54,063 nucleotides of DNA, from contig CAUYUJ010000267.1 of assembly GCA_963575745.1 (NCBI GenBank), positions 62,001-116,063 of the forward strand, given 5' to 3'. Shown piece by piece: positions 11,483-24,400 of the stretch. This DNA is from Prorocentrum cordatum (Eukaryota). The notes below the pieces were generated by a model that ran no database searches, was not told where the DNA came from, and worked only from the letters and a program-made list of their open reading frames with translations. Made by a program: the position numbers and the translations under genes. Positions within the stretch are counted from its first letter, which is position 1. Each line of letters opens with the position of its first letter.

Positions 11483-12621
11483 ATCGGTTTCCGTATCCGC
11501 CACAGTGCCCTGAGGCACGAGTGTGAGTGTGCTCAGGTCCCTTCGGATTCTCTGCATTGGGTTCTATGCCATGTTTGGAGAAGCCAAAAGCATGGAGCAT
11601 CCAAGACGGCCAAGAGGCGCCCAATATTGCCCAAAAACTGACCAAATGCCCCCAAGAGGGGCCCAACAAGTCCCGAGGACGACCCAAAGAGGGGCCCGGG
11701 ATGGGGAACACGAGCTGAAATGTTGTGTCCTCTGCCCCATGATAGCCCCCAGATCCGCCTGGAAGCCCCAGGGCTGGGTCCAAGATGCCACAAGAGACCC
11801 CCAAGAGGCCCCGAGAGGCCCAAATCAGGCTCCAAGAAGCCCCCCAACACCCCCAAAACCACCTTCAAGTGGTATCCGAAAGGCCTTCCAAGAGACCCTC
11901 ACAGGCATCCAGAAGACCTCTGACCTACAACCCAGGCGCAGTGGCGGGATGGGCCGAAGGCCACTTATTTCGAAGACGCCTGCGGAACCCCTGCCCTTGC
12001 GGAAGCCCCTATGTGGCCGACAGCTGGGCTAGAGCTTGACTAAACTATAGGGCCAGTTGTTCCCCGAGACGATTTGGAGAACCTTCGGGGAACGCGTGGG
12101 GGAGCAAGAGGTTTGAAAGCGCCCGTGTGTCCAAACGTTGTGGCAAGAGCTCTGCCAAGCTATCAGGCCATGTGTTCCCTCAAACGTTGTGGAAACCCTT
12201 CGGGGAAAACTTGGAGGATGGCAGGGAAGATCAGAAAAAAGTGGAGGAGGAAAACCAGAGAGCGGAGGAGAGGAGGAGGAGGAGGAGGAGCAGGAGGAGG
12301 AGAGGAAGATGAGATGATGAGGAGGGGGAGAAGGAGGAGGAGGAGGAGGAAGAAGAGGAGGAGGAAGAGGAGGACGGGGAACCCCGGGAGCCTCTGGGGG
12401 CACTCTTTGGGCCTCCTGAGTGCTTCCTGGGAGCCTCTTGGAGGCATCTTGGGGGCCTCCTTGGATCTGGATACGCATATGTAGACCGATAGGACCACCC
12501 TACGGGTGATAGGGAGGTTGGGGGGGAGAGGGAGGTGGTCGATCTGCGATGACCCACACTTGCCGCCACCCAAGAGAGCCCCGGCAAATAAATACCACCT
12601 ATCTCCGGTATATCTATCAAG

Positions 12622-13480
12622 CGTCGGGACAACCATCGGGACAACCGTCGGGACACCAATCGTGGCAGCCATCGGGACAGCCATCAGAACAAGTATGGGA
12701 ACAACCATCGGGACAACCATCGGGACAGCCATCGGGACAACCATCGGGACAACCATCGGGACAACCATCGGGACAACCACCGGGACAACCATCGGGACAA
12801 CCATCGGGACAGCCATCGGGGCAACCATCGGAACAACCATCGGGACAACCATCGGGACAACCATCGGGACAACCATCGGGTCACATATCGGGACAACCAT
12901 CGGGACAACCATCGGGACCACCATCAGGTTCAAGCATCGGGACAATCATCGGAACAACCATCGGGACAACCATCGGGACAACCATCGGGACACCCATCTG
13001 GACAACCATCGGGACAACCATCGGGACAACCATCGGGACAACCATCGGGACAACCATCGGAACAACTATCGGGACAACAATCGGGACCACCATCGTGACA
13101 CCCATCGGGACACCCATGGGGACTACCACCGGGACAACCATCGGGGCAACCATCGGGACCACCATCGGAACAACCATCGGGACAACCATCGGAAGAACTA
13201 TCGGGGCAACCATCGGGACCACCATCGGAACAACCATCGGGACAACCATCGGGACAGCCATCGGGACAACCATCGGAACAACCATCGGGACAACCATCGG
13301 GACAACCGTCGGGACAACCATCGAGACAACCATGGGGCCAATCACCTGGACAACCATCTGGACAACCATCGGGACCACCATGGGGCCAACCATCGGGACA
13401 TCCATCGGGACAACCATCGGGACAACCATCGGGACAACCATCGGGACAACCATCAAGACAACCCGCGGGACAACCATGGG
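12622..13480 (+). repeat. 12-bp minisatellite (GGGACAACCATC)n, about 70 copies
   Basis: Direct reading; source of the spurious GTTI/RDNH/SGQP/VVPM ORFs. Confidence 0.97.
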
Positions 13481-14566
13481 GGGGCCGCGCCCGGCGGGGG
13501 AGGGGGAGCGGGGGGTGGGGGGCGACCTTTTGGGCTCCATGTGGCCTCTACACCTGCAGGAACTCGCGCAGCTTCTCCTCGCCCGCACGGACGACACAAA
13601 CCGAAACCGAAGCCGATCTCCCAGTTGGGGGCCACTTCCGTTCACACCCCCCAACCTCTGATGTATGTGCATGTGTATCTGTATATGACTACGCCTATTA
13701 ATATGTGCATGTAGACACGGACATCTGCTCTTCACCCTGGGCGGAACAGGCCACCGGTCACATCTACGGACCACTGGGGGACTCGGGTCGGACGAGAAGA
13801 AGGTGTCGTACGCAAGGGTGGGGGGTCGGAGCATCAGCTCGTGCAACGACTTTTCCCAGCACTCCACGGCTCCAGAGGCACAGAATGCATCGAGAAGAGC
13901 GTCCAGCGGCGGGGCTGGAGCCAGCTGCGTGCAACTCATGTCGTACCCCCCCCCCTCCTTTCCCTATCCCCCCCCCTTCGTCGGGCCCGATGGTCGTCGA
14001 CCTCGACCATGGCCCATCCCGCCCGGTTGCGCTCGGGCGAAGTTGAGGAGGCGGAGGCGGCCCCGCCCGCGTGGATCCTTCCCTGGACGTGACGTTGCGC
14101 TCGCGCGCCGCATCCGGGGAGGGGGAATGGGCCGAGGACGAGGGACGGGGAGGAGCAACACAGAAGAGCAAAGAACCGTCAGCACCAACGTCTCCCTGAG
14201 CTGCGAGACCAAACAAACTTCGGATGCGAGCGGCCAGTAAAAGAGACTTCCCTCTGAGAGGGCGATCTGTAGCCTGTCGGCGGGGCGTCATAGAAGCCTG
14301 GAGACGGTCTCGTGTGCGAGGGAGAGAGGGAGGAGGGGGACGAAGTCCAGGACGTCGAGGCGGGATGCGGCGAGGATTCCAGGATTCTAGGCTGGCCGCG
14401 CGCGCGCCCGCGGAGGGGCGCGAGGTCCAGGCAGGAAAGGAAAAAAGGTAACCGCCGACTGCGACGACGAAGGCACCGACGAAGACGAAAAACGACGGCA
14501 GAACGACACGACGACGACATAGGAGGGACGCAGCTTGAGGGCGAGGAGGGTGAGAAGCCCTGGAGC

Positions 14567-14622
14567 CTTCCACACGATGATCTCGCATATGTTGGTCGCG
14601 ATGAAAAGCGATATGCCGGAAC
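14567..14622 (-). CDS. SEC61A: Sec61 alpha, last exon found (G-SGISLFIATNICEIIVWK)
   Basis: 56 nt. Conserved GSGISLFIATNICE..WK; GAG|GT acceptor, probable AAG|GC donor. The next expected exon (AFSPTT...EFEG) was not found in 1-14566. Confidence 0.95.
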
Positions 14623-16369
14623 CTCGGGACGGGTGTGGCACGAGCCTCCCTTCCCAAGGCGTGTTAGCAGTACGAATGCCCCTTTGCTGGCGGCTGGGGA
14701 CCAAGTGCTCGTCGAATCTGCCGCCGTGCTTGCAGCGGCTGGTATGTGTTGTGTCCTCCCTGATTGTTCGTATCCATTGTGTCAGAGCAGTGGCTTCGGC
14801 CACGGAAGAATCGATCCCACCATGCGTTCATTGCGTTTCCTGCAAACGTGTGCGCCTCTGCGACGCAAAAGGCGCCCGAGTCAAACCCACGGGTACCGAA
14901 CTACCTGGCACGCCCCTCCCCCAGCCAGGCGTCCCCCAAGCGCGGTGGCGGATTCACGCTGCAGCGCAACTGGGTACGCTCCGTGCCTTCGCCTCCTCAC
15001 CATCATTTGATTTGCCTTACGGCTGGAGCCTTAATGTCTGGTGCTCCGTCTCCTGCTCCACCTCATCCAGTGCTCCGTCTCATCATCATTCTGCTGCTCC
15101 CCCTGATCACACATTCCACCAATCCAGCCACGTCTCCTGCCAGTCCGTATGATTCTAGTGCTGCTGCACATGCTGAGTTGGCGTGCGTTAGGGCGGCTTG
15201 CCTCGTCGTAGCTCAACCCGATCATCATCCAAGGGGCCCAGGGACACATCACTACATCACTTCCCATGTTTGTCAATATTTTCCTGGGTGCGGGCGATGA
15301 TAATACCCGGGGGATGATAAAAGTTCAGGGGTCTGGCGGGGATTATACAATATTTTCCTGGGACGGGTGAAGATATGATGATGATGACGATGATCATGAT
15401 GATGGTGATCCTGGGCGCTCGGCACAAGACTGACTCGAGATAATCCCATGGCCCTGCCGCACGTTCGTAACTTGGGCAAACTGAACTGGTGAGAATCACA
15501 CAACCCTGCCACACGCTCGTGACTGCGGAAGCTGATGTGGTGAGATCACCATGGCCATGCTCAGCGGTTTCGATGCTGTTGCCAGTCAAAATGAGATGAT
15601 AGCAACTTCCCCCGTGGAATAGAAAGTTCGGCCTCCGCGCCCTTCTCCACAATTAAATCCTGCTGAACGGGGATGATAAAAATAGAGACCCTTGAGGGGG
15701 GGTACATGTTATCGCCCGCAAGCGGTTCTCAATCTCCAAGCAAGCGGGCTCACTGGCAATGGCACACCCCTCTGACGATCTGCCTGGCTGCCACAAAGGG
15801 ACACCTCTCAGGAGCATGGCAGCAAGGCGCGAGCTAGAGAGTGCGGTTCGTGTTCGTGTTGTCGTTTTCCATCGTTCTGCCGTCGCTCCGCCTCTGCTGC
15901 GAAACGAAGTTCCAAGCAAAAGCGGCCCACAAAGTCTCCGATGCACCGTTTAGCTCGCGCGCTGCAGTGCAGTGAGCGGCTCTCGACATGGACTTCCGCC
16001 AGGCAGCCACCTACCTAAGCCCCAGAGGATGAGGATGCGGATAATCGAGATACAGGGAAGGAGCTCGAAGAGGGAGTAGAGGGAAGAAGACGGGGGAGGA
16101 GGGGGAGGAGAAGGAAGATGATGATGCTGCTGGTGGATGGTGATGATGGTGATGACGATGAGGTGGAGTCAGCGATGCTAGTCAAGAGACGTGGCAGATG
16201 AGGAGAGGTGCACAGAACAAACATGACTTGCTACACAGACCAGACTTACCCCGTACCCAACCCATCTGTACCAAAGCATGGTATAGGTATACCGGCAATG
16301 GTTTGACGGCAAACACTACAAGAGACGGTGCAAGGCAGTCTACGATGTCGTGCGAGTGGTGCGTGGCCG

Positions 16370-17435
16370 ACTCGAAAGTGGCGACAGCTTCACACCCTGG
16401 CCCCCCCAGCAGCCCTCGAAAGTGGCGACGGTTTCACACTTCGCAGACCCTCCCCTCAGGATGGCGAGATCTTGTTTGGGTCCGCGTGGCGCCTCACTGT
16501 GCGGGCCCCCCCAGCAGCCATCGAAAGTGACGACAAGTTGACACGTCGCAGCCCACCAGGGATAGCGAGGTCCCGTTTTGGGTCTGCGTGGGGCCAAACT
16601 GTGCGGGCTCCCCCAGCAGCCCTCCAAAGTGGCGACAGTTTCACACTTCACAGCCCCCCAGGGATGGCGAGGTCCCGTTTTGGGTCTGCGTGGGGCCCCA
16701 CTGTGCGGACTCCCCCAGCAGTCCCCACAAGCGGCGACAGTTTCACACTTCACAGCCCCCCAGGGATGGCGAGGTCATTTTTGGGTTTGCGTGGGGCCCC
16801 ACTGTGCGGACTCTCCCAGCAGTCCCCCAAAGCGGCGACAGTTTCACACTTCACAGCCCGCCCCAGGGATGGCGAGGTCAATTTTGGGTCTGCGTGGGGC
16901 CCCACTGTGCGGGCTCCCCCAGCAGACCTCGAAAGCGGCGACAGTTTCACACTTCACAGCTCCCCAGAGTCCCAGGGATGGCGAGATTTGTGTCTCGTTT
17001 GCGTGAGGCCCCACTGTCCGGGCTCCCCCAGCAACCCTCGAAAGAGAGACAATTTCGCACGTCGCAGCCCCCCAGGGATGGCGGGGGGGCTCCACCGTGC
17101 GGGCTCCCCCAGCAGCCCTCGAAAGTGGCGACGGTTTCACACTTCGCAGCCCACTTGGGATGGCGAGGCCGCACTGTGTGGGCTCCCCCAGCAACCCTCG
17201 AAAGTGGCGACAAGTTGACACGTCGCAGCCACCAGGGATGGCGAGGTCCCGTTTTGGGTCTGCGTGGGGCCCCACTGTGCGGGCTCCCCCAGCAGCCCCC
17301 CAAAGTGGCGACATTCTCACATTTCACAGCCCCCCAAGGATGGCGAGGTATTTGTTGGGTCTGCGTTGGGCCCCACTGTGCGGGCTCCCCCAGTAACCCT
17401 CGAAAGTGGCGACGTTTTCACACTTCGCAGCCCTC
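16370..17435 (+). repeat. ~102-bp tandem repeat, about 10 copies, some truncated
   Basis: GGCGACAGTTTCACACTTCACAGC recurs at 16631, 16733, 16834 and 16937. Confidence 0.95.
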
Positions 17436-17643
17436 AAGAGGGATGCGTGAGGAGAAAGCCGAAAGAAGAGCGGGGGAGAGGGGTGCAACGAGGAGAAGGG
17501 AGTTGGCGACCCCACTGCTATTCAAAACGAGAACCCAACCAAGGGAGGGTTGGTACAGATTGTTGACGAGTGACGAGGCCCATATGCAGAGTGGAGCGGA
17601 GCTGCAGGGAAGAGGCATCCTGCCCACGGGCTAAGGTCGAAAC

Positions 17644-17694
17644 CGAGGCCATAGCCTTTCCACAGCAGCTCGTCCAAGAGGATGGCAATCACGC
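17644..17694 (-). CDS. SEC61A: Sec61 alpha exon (G-VIAILLDELLWKGYGL-G)
   Basis: 51 nt. SecY signature LLDELL.KGYGLG; CAG|GC acceptor, G|GT donor. Confidence 0.95.
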
Positions 17695-17714
17695 CTGGTT
17701 GCCAAGAGGGTGAC

Positions 17715-17884
17715 TTGGTGGCGCGCAAAAGGGGGTAGGGGGAGGGGAGATAGCTTCTTAGAAGGCGGCCGCTTCTTACAAGGCGCCGGCCCTACATCTA
17801 CAGACAAGGCCCGCGCCTCCTAAGGAGCAGGGGTGCTTCTAAAAAGCCTTGCCCCTCCCCCTACCCCCGTCTGCGTGCCGCCAA
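17715..17884. mobile_element. MITE family F, 20 bp from the acceptor of the 17694 exon
   Basis: TIR TTGGTGGCGCGCA..GGGGGTAGGGGGAGGG / CCCTCCCCCTACCCCC..TGCGTGCCGCCAA; TSD GTGAC/ATGAC. Confidence 0.8.
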
Positions 17885-19452
17885 ATGACGGGGGCAAAAC
17901 GCTCGGATGCTTTGTAAAGAGGCCATATACGTGTTACAACCGGTTCGTGCCGCGACGACGTGGGCGCTGACTACCGCGTGGACCTTTCACCCAAAACGAT
18001 CGCGACGTCACGATCGCGCAAGCTAGATCGACGTCGGCAAACTCCGGATCACTGGCTGCGTTCAACCTTGAACGCCCGCGCTGGGGTCGCCGCCGCGTTT
18101 CTGGGAACAACAACCTCGGATGGTCAACCCCTCCGTCAATCCGCCACACCGTCCTTCCGCCCGTGGGTCCCTCTATTTCCCCTGCCCTGGTCCTTGCCCC
18201 CCACCCACCCCGCCCCTCGCGCTCCTCGCACCTCCGCGCCTTCCCTTTCTCCGCCGCTCCCTTTCGCCTCCTCATGCGCTCCCCCGGCTCACGACTGCGA
18301 GTTGTTGGAAGCTTGAGCAGCAGAAGATCCCTTGCTCCCTCCCTCGCGCACACCATCCTCCACCGTGCCCCACGCCATCGCTCGGACGCTCATTCCCCGT
18401 GCATTGTTCGATTGCGTGCGTGTAGATGATCCAAGGTGCTCTTCGATTGCCCTCGCCGGGAAAAAAATCACACGTGCGAGCGATGCCAAGGCCCTGTCTC
18501 TCCGCCCCCTCTCTCCCTTCGACTCTCCATCCTGCCCTGTCCCTGTCACCTCTGGCACTCCACGCGTCCATCACTGACCGTCCCCCCCTTCCCCTTTCTT
18601 CCGTCGCCCTCCCTTGCCCTTCCTCCGCGGCGTCCCTCCTCATTCCCTCCCCCCTGCGCGCTCACCACTCCACCCTCCTCCCCGCCCTCCTGCTTCCGAC
18701 GGATTCTCGGGAGCCACACTGCGAGTCCGAGAGCAGCAGAACGCTCTGCCTCGCGAGGGCGAGCGGTGGTCATCCTGCCGGGCCCCGTCGCTGGCCCAGA
18801 GTTGGGCTGCCTCGAATGGCCGCACCGTGGTGACAACACACATCCTTGCCAATAGAAGCCTTGGGCGCGGGAACGGTTTTGGACTCGTCAGTCTCCCTCT
18901 CTCTCTCTCTCTCCCTTCTGTGGCATGCGATCGAGCTTCTCCTCCTCCGCCGCATCCTGCTGCTCCTCATCATCCTCGTCCTCCATGCCCTACCCAGCCC
19001 TCCTCTCCGACCCTATGATCCCTACCCACCCTTTTCTCGACATCGCATCCTTCTCGTCTCCCTCTCCTCTCTCCTTCTTCACTCCCATCCTCCCACTCCA
19101 TGTATATCACCATTCCTGCTTCGTCTCCAGCTCCATATTGATCCTCCTTCCCCCCCTGATCCTGAGGCTTCTGATCCTATGATTCCGTACCCCCACCTCC
19201 TCGTCCCCGCGTCTCCGCCCCCCCTTCCTGCCCCTCCTGTCTCCATCGATGCTTCTGCTGCTGCGTTTGGAGCGCGTTCCTTCATCACCGGCTATGACGG
19301 GCGTCATAGGGGGGAGGGGGGGCGGGGCGGGGGGGGGGGGTATGACGTAACGTCCACCCCCCCTGGCCGTGCGGCTCCGGCACCACAGCCGCGCCCGCGC
19401 TCACGATGACGATGAGCGACGAGCGACGAGCGACGACGACGACGACGACGCG

Positions 19453-20229
19453 AGCAACAAGTAGGTGGCGATCTGCCCCACAGCGCCCGTGTACACCACA
19501 GTGTGCAGCAGCCGTGTGCAACGCAACGCCTGTGTACACCAGTGCTTGCGTGCACCACAACGCCGGTGTACACCACAGCGAATGTGTACACCGCAGCAGG
19601 CATGTGTAACACAGCGCCTGTCCACACCACAATGCTTACGTGCACCGCAGCGCCTGTGCACACCACTGCGCCTGTCTACACCACAGCATCCGCGTGCAAC
19701 GCAGCGCTGGTGTACACCTGAGTGCCTGCGTGCACAGGACAGGTAGAAGGAGCATGTCGGTGAGGATCTGCTGCGGACAGCTAAACGCCACGCCAGGGAA
19801 GTGCTGAGAATAGAATGTGACGTTTTTCCCTCCTCCCTCCTCCACCTCCGCCTCCACCTCCTCCTCCTCCTCCTCCTCCTCCTCCTCCCTCACCCTTCCC
19901 CCTGTCGTGCGGGTCGGCACTACAGCGCACGTGCGCGTCTCAGCGTGCACCGCAGGATGGTTTATTCACTGGTGCCGGGCTAAGTGCACGCAGGCATTGT
20001 AGTGTACACTGGGGCTGTGTTGTACACGGCTGGTGTGGTGTACGCAGGCGCGCGCTGTGATGTACACAAGCGCTGTGGTGCCAGCAGGCACTGTGGCACA
20101 CTCTGGCGCTGTGATGCACGCTGCTGCTGTGGTGTACATAGGCGGTGTGGTGTACACAGGCGCTGTGGTGCACGCAGGAACTATGGTGTACACAGGCATT
20201 GTGGTGCAGATCGCCACCGACATGGTGCT
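19453..20229. mobile_element. Foldback-like element: inverted arms built of ~18-bp tandem subrepeats
   Basis: Left arm 19453-19735 (CACAGCGCCTGTGTACAC-like units) is the reverse complement of right arm 19984-20229; termini GGTGGCGATCTGC / GCAGATCGCCACC; spacer about 250 bp. Confidence 0.8.
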
Positions 20230-21053
20230 GGTACCCGTCCTCGGCGATTCCTAGGCATTCCCAGACGCCGCCGGCACGAAACGTGACGTCATCGGCCACC
20301 TCCCCCCCCCAGATGATTGCCGTCATTGGCCCGAAAAAAAACAGGCTCCAGCTGCGTCCGCGCGCACGACGACGATGAGCACCGAGCGACGACCGACAAC
20401 GACAACGACAACGACGACGCCGACGACGACGACGACGACGGTGGACCAGACTCCTATGCACAGTTCTATGCGGACGCCTATGCGGATCACGATGCGTATG
20501 GTGTGGCAATGCCCAGAACGCACTGGGGGGGAAGCGTTACGTCATTGGGGGGGGCCGGAGGCCATGACGCCCGTCATGCCCCAAGCAATAAAGAAATGGG
20601 ATCTTACTTCTCCTTCTAACGCGGCTCCTCCTCTGCCGATACGCCCGAAGAGCATATGGGCCGATAGGGGGTCTGCAGCGACCCCAAGCCTTCGTCGAAA
20701 ACCACTGATGACCTAGGAAAAGAGGACGATAACGAGGAGACACATGACAAGGATAATGGCCGATACATCGCCGATGCACCGGCGAAGTCGGAATGGCGAA
20801 CCCAGACTCTGGATATCGTGCCGCCTCGCTGAAACATTCTCGATGCAGCATGATCCTTCGACCCCATCTGCTATATGACCCCATGTGGGAACCCCGCAAA
20901 CAGTCAAGCCGCTGCCAGAAGGAACGCATCACACGGCGCCTGGGCGTACGAGGAGCGCTGGAAGAACAATCATGGAATGACCCGAGAAACAACAAACCCC
21001 TTCCGAATCCGAACTGCTTCTTATTTCAGCGTCTTGGCCGAGACCGACCCCAT

Positions 21054-21246
21054 TTGGGAGCGGCCAAGAGGGGGGTGTCCAAGAGGGGGGGTGCAAATCA
21101 TGACCGGCGGCATGTGCGCGGCCCAGCGGGGGGGCCGGGGACGTCATGAATCAAGAAGAGGCGCCCTGAGATCTGGGGAGATATCGTGGCCTCCGCCATG
21201 ATATCCACCCCCCCCTAGTCATCACCCCCCTCTTTTCCGCCCCCGA
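21054..21246. mobile_element. MITE family C copy flanked by a 50-bp direct repeat
   Basis: Ends TTGGGAGCGG...CCGCCCCCGA; homologous to the 30159 copy; 21004-21053 is repeated at 21247-21296 with 2 mismatches. Confidence 0.8.
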
Positions 21247-21486
21247 CGAATCCGAACTGCTTCTTCTTTCAGCGTCTTGGCCGAGACCGCCCCCATCCAC
21301 CTCCGTTTCCCTCCCCCCGACACCCGGTGGCGTTCGGGTCACTGCTCGGGCCTCCACCGGCCGTTGAGGACGACCTCTGGGCCCCCCCGAAAAAATCTCT
21401 TGGAGATCACGTTTTTTTGAAACCACCTAACGCGCAATATGCGGGCGGGTGGGTGAGTGGGTGGGTTCGCTGGCACATCACATAAC

Positions 21487-21658
21487 TCGGGGATGGACAG
21501 ACCTCCCTCTAGTAGAACGTGGTTTAGTGAAAACGACCTGAGGCCCAAACCTGGCGGGCGCAAGCCTGGAAGATAACGGCCGCGGCGCCCTCTCGAGAAC
21601 CGAAAACGGACAATTCACTAATCGATGTGTCACTGTGGGGGGTTCTGTCCACCCCCGA
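21487..21658. mobile_element. MITE family A, copy 1 (172 bp)
   Basis: TIR TCGGGGATGGACAGA / TCTGTCCACCCCCGA; 5-bp TSD ATAAC. Near-identical copies at 50145 and 53047. Confidence 0.9.
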
Positions 21659-22012
21659 ATAACACGTTGCGCGCACCGCTGAATTGCATACCTGCACGCC
21701 AAGCAACGGGCGCTGTTGCAACGGGGGCGGGTGAAGCGGAGAGGACGTATCTTCTGGGTGGGTGGGTGGGTTGGAAGCCACACAACGCGCGCTATGCGTT
21801 CGAATAAAACTTCAGGTCCTGGCGAGGCGAAAACGTCCGAACACCTTCGAACGCCTCCGCAGGGTTGGACCTAAACGCTGTCTTGCTGTATTTCGGCCGT
21901 GCTTTGCTGCTCGTCTTGGCAGGGAGGTACAGGAAAACAGGTAGAGCGAAACGAAGCACAGCACGAAAACATAACGAAAAACACCGCTTGGGTCCAGCCC
22001 TGCACCTCCGAA

Positions 22013-22182
22013 TCGGCGGTGGGCAGACCTCCCTTTAGTAAACCTCCCCTTGGTGAGAACGGCCTGGGACCGAAACCGACGGACCTGGACCCACAAAATG
22101 ACGGCCGAGACGCCCTCTCGCGAACCGAAAACGGCCAATTCCTTGATCGACGTGTCAGGGTAGGAGGTCTGTCCGCCCCCGA
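22013..22182. mobile_element. MITE family A, diverged subfamily copy
   Basis: TIR TCGGCGGTGGGCAGACCTCC / GGAGGTCTGTCCGCCCCCGA; 5-bp TSD CCGAA; internal similarity to family A. Confidence 0.85.
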
Positions 22183-22386
22183 CCGAAAACCTCCGCTGGC
22201 CACGGCAACCCTCCCCCCCCGCCGACAGCAAGCGGCCCCTGGCTGGCTCCTGCACCGGCCCGCGGAGGAGGCGAGGAGGCGAGGAGGCGAGGAGGAGGCG
22301 AGGAGGCGAGGAGGCGAGGAGGCGAGGAGGCGGAGGAGGCGAGGAGGCGAGGAGGAGGAGGCGAGGAGGCGAGGAGGCGGGTCCGC

Positions 22387-22424
22387 CTGCAAAGAAGAGC
22401 TGCAGGATGATCAGCAAACAGTTC
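22387..22424 (-). CDS. SEC61A: Sec61 alpha exon (G-NCLLIILQLFFA-G)
   Basis: 38 nt. Conserved CLLII.QLF.AG segment; GAG|G acceptor, AG|GC donor. Confidence 0.93.
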
Positions 22425-24239
22425 CTCCGGGGGGGGGCGCGGAGGGCGGAGGGATCGCGCGAAGGGGTAGGCACGAGCTGCCTTCCTCCTCGTCCTCCTC
22501 CTCCCTCCTCCCTCCTCCCTCCTCCTCCTCCTCCCCCTCCTGTTCCTCCTTCTCCTCCTCCTCCTCCTCTTCCTCCTCCTCCTCCTGGACAGGTGGATCG
22601 CGTGGGACGAGGGGGGGCGGTCTCGGCGCGCGCGGGAGGGGGGAAAAAACGGAACGGACGAACGACTGGGGCGGCCAGGCCGGGCCGTTAGCCGCCCTCG
22701 CGCGGGAGGCCGCGCCTCAGGGTAGGAAGATTTTGAGATGCAATGACGGCTGGAGATGGGGAAGCCAAGCATCGCAATTTATCATGCAGCATACGTGTGA
22801 GCTTCTCCGTCTCGCGGTGACATACGATGCGGTCGTTTTCCCAACAGCGGGGCCAAGGAGGAAGGTCAGGATGGCGAGCGAGGAGACCACGTTGCTCTAG
22901 TAGTTCCGCCCTGAGCAGAAGATCGAGGGCCCAGAGTTGGAGAACGGGGGGAAGGAATGCTGCTGGGAGAGAAGCCAGGAGTGGGAACATGAGTTCCAGG
23001 CCGTCTAGGATCCGATGTAGGCGAGGAAGGCGTATCAGTATCTGTACCAGTATTAGGGAGGATGCCAGGTGCTGGGAAATAGCGAACGACAGCAGACGAG
23101 CAGAGGGGTTGGACGGGGATTGTGGAGAGACAAAGGAGGAGAACGCGGAAGGATGGACGACAAGAGGGGAGGAAGCCCAACGGAAACCAGCGTGTTTGTG
23201 TTATCGCTGCTCGAAAGGGTTTTTTGTATACATTGAAAGGAGGGACGGAGAAGGATGGATGAGGAGGCGGAGGAGCATCAGGTGGATGACGCAGTAGGAG
23301 AGGATTGCCACCCTGGACAGGAGAACGAGGGGGCGAAATTGAATTTTGAAACCCGTGTGTCGCCTGGCGCGTTGTGGCGTGGACGTAGACAAAGTTTGTT
23401 CCAAGTCAACACGGCGGCCATGACAGCAGGAACCCCGACCGATGCGTAACACCACAGCAGTGCAAAGGAGAGGCGCCAGGCCAGCGTACCAGAAGGCAAG
23501 GTGATGTATGGCAGGGTTCTGTGCTCTTTCAAGGCCCCCCCCAGAAATCGTCATGCCAGGAGACCCCAGAATCGAATCGATAAGTCGGATCGGCGATGGA
23601 ACTGGATCGGATCGGCGGAAATCGGCAGCCGAGTCGGGAAAGTCGAATCGGCGGAAATCGGTAGGCTAGTAGGCCTCCAGTGAAAAATCGGCGCCCAAAT
23701 CGGAATCCCAAATCGAGTCGAATGGGCATCGGACGCCATCGACATCGCTCCCCCCCGAGGCCAGGGGGCTCCTGGGCGGCACGACGCCTCCCTGTAGCCC
23801 TGCTGAGCTCTCCGGGGCGCCGAGGGCGGCCCGGGGAGACCAACGGTGCCGCCAAAAAAGCTCGGCACTGTCGCACAAGGAACCTATTGGGACGCCCGAA
23901 ACAGGTACGGAAAAAATGGGCACACTGCCAACCATATATATATATATACATATACATATATATATATATACACACTTGTATTACATAGTGACATGTGTAT
24001 ACATTGCTGCCACGTATAGGGACAACACTTGTTATGCATATGTAGATATATGCAGAACAAATGTTGCCCCTAACCAACAGCGGCCGCTGCTTGGCAGGCG
24101 GCCTTCTGTCGCACATGGACACAGCCCGCGGCAGCGCGGACAGAGAGTCCTGTTCAAAATGAACAAGAACTGCTGTTGGGCATCGTACCCATTCTTTCCG
24201 TACCCATTTCGTTCGTGCCGAACCTACAGCGGGGGCCAA

Positions 24240-24400
24240 TCCACGAGGAACCTTCCGCAAGAAACCCAATCCCGAGAACCCAGGACGTCCACTGATGTTT
24301 GGCGTAGGAGCGTCACGCTTTCCATAGCAAAACCGTCGACACCCACGAAAAAACACGGCACCCTGGAGGCGAGCAGGGTGATTCTTGGCATGGATCTCCG
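24240..24400 (+). repeat. Dispersed repeat family L (also ~48295-48440 on +, ~42400-42570 on -)
   Basis: Shared GAAAC.CAA.CC...A.C.CAGGACGTCCA..GA..TT...GTAGG..CGTC.C.CTTTCCA.AGCAAAA. Confidence 0.7.

Noticed and set aside
12163..13939. Long ORFs of 260-402 aa (GTTI/RDNH/SGQP/VVPM repeats)
   Set aside because: Translations of a stop-free 12-bp minisatellite that is open in nearly all frames.
14700..16010. Non-repetitive stretch with short protein-like frames (similar at 580-1400, 22700-23520, 46290-47200, 52040-53030)
   Set aside because: No recognisable motif, termini or consistent frame; possibly old element debris, but unsupported without a search.
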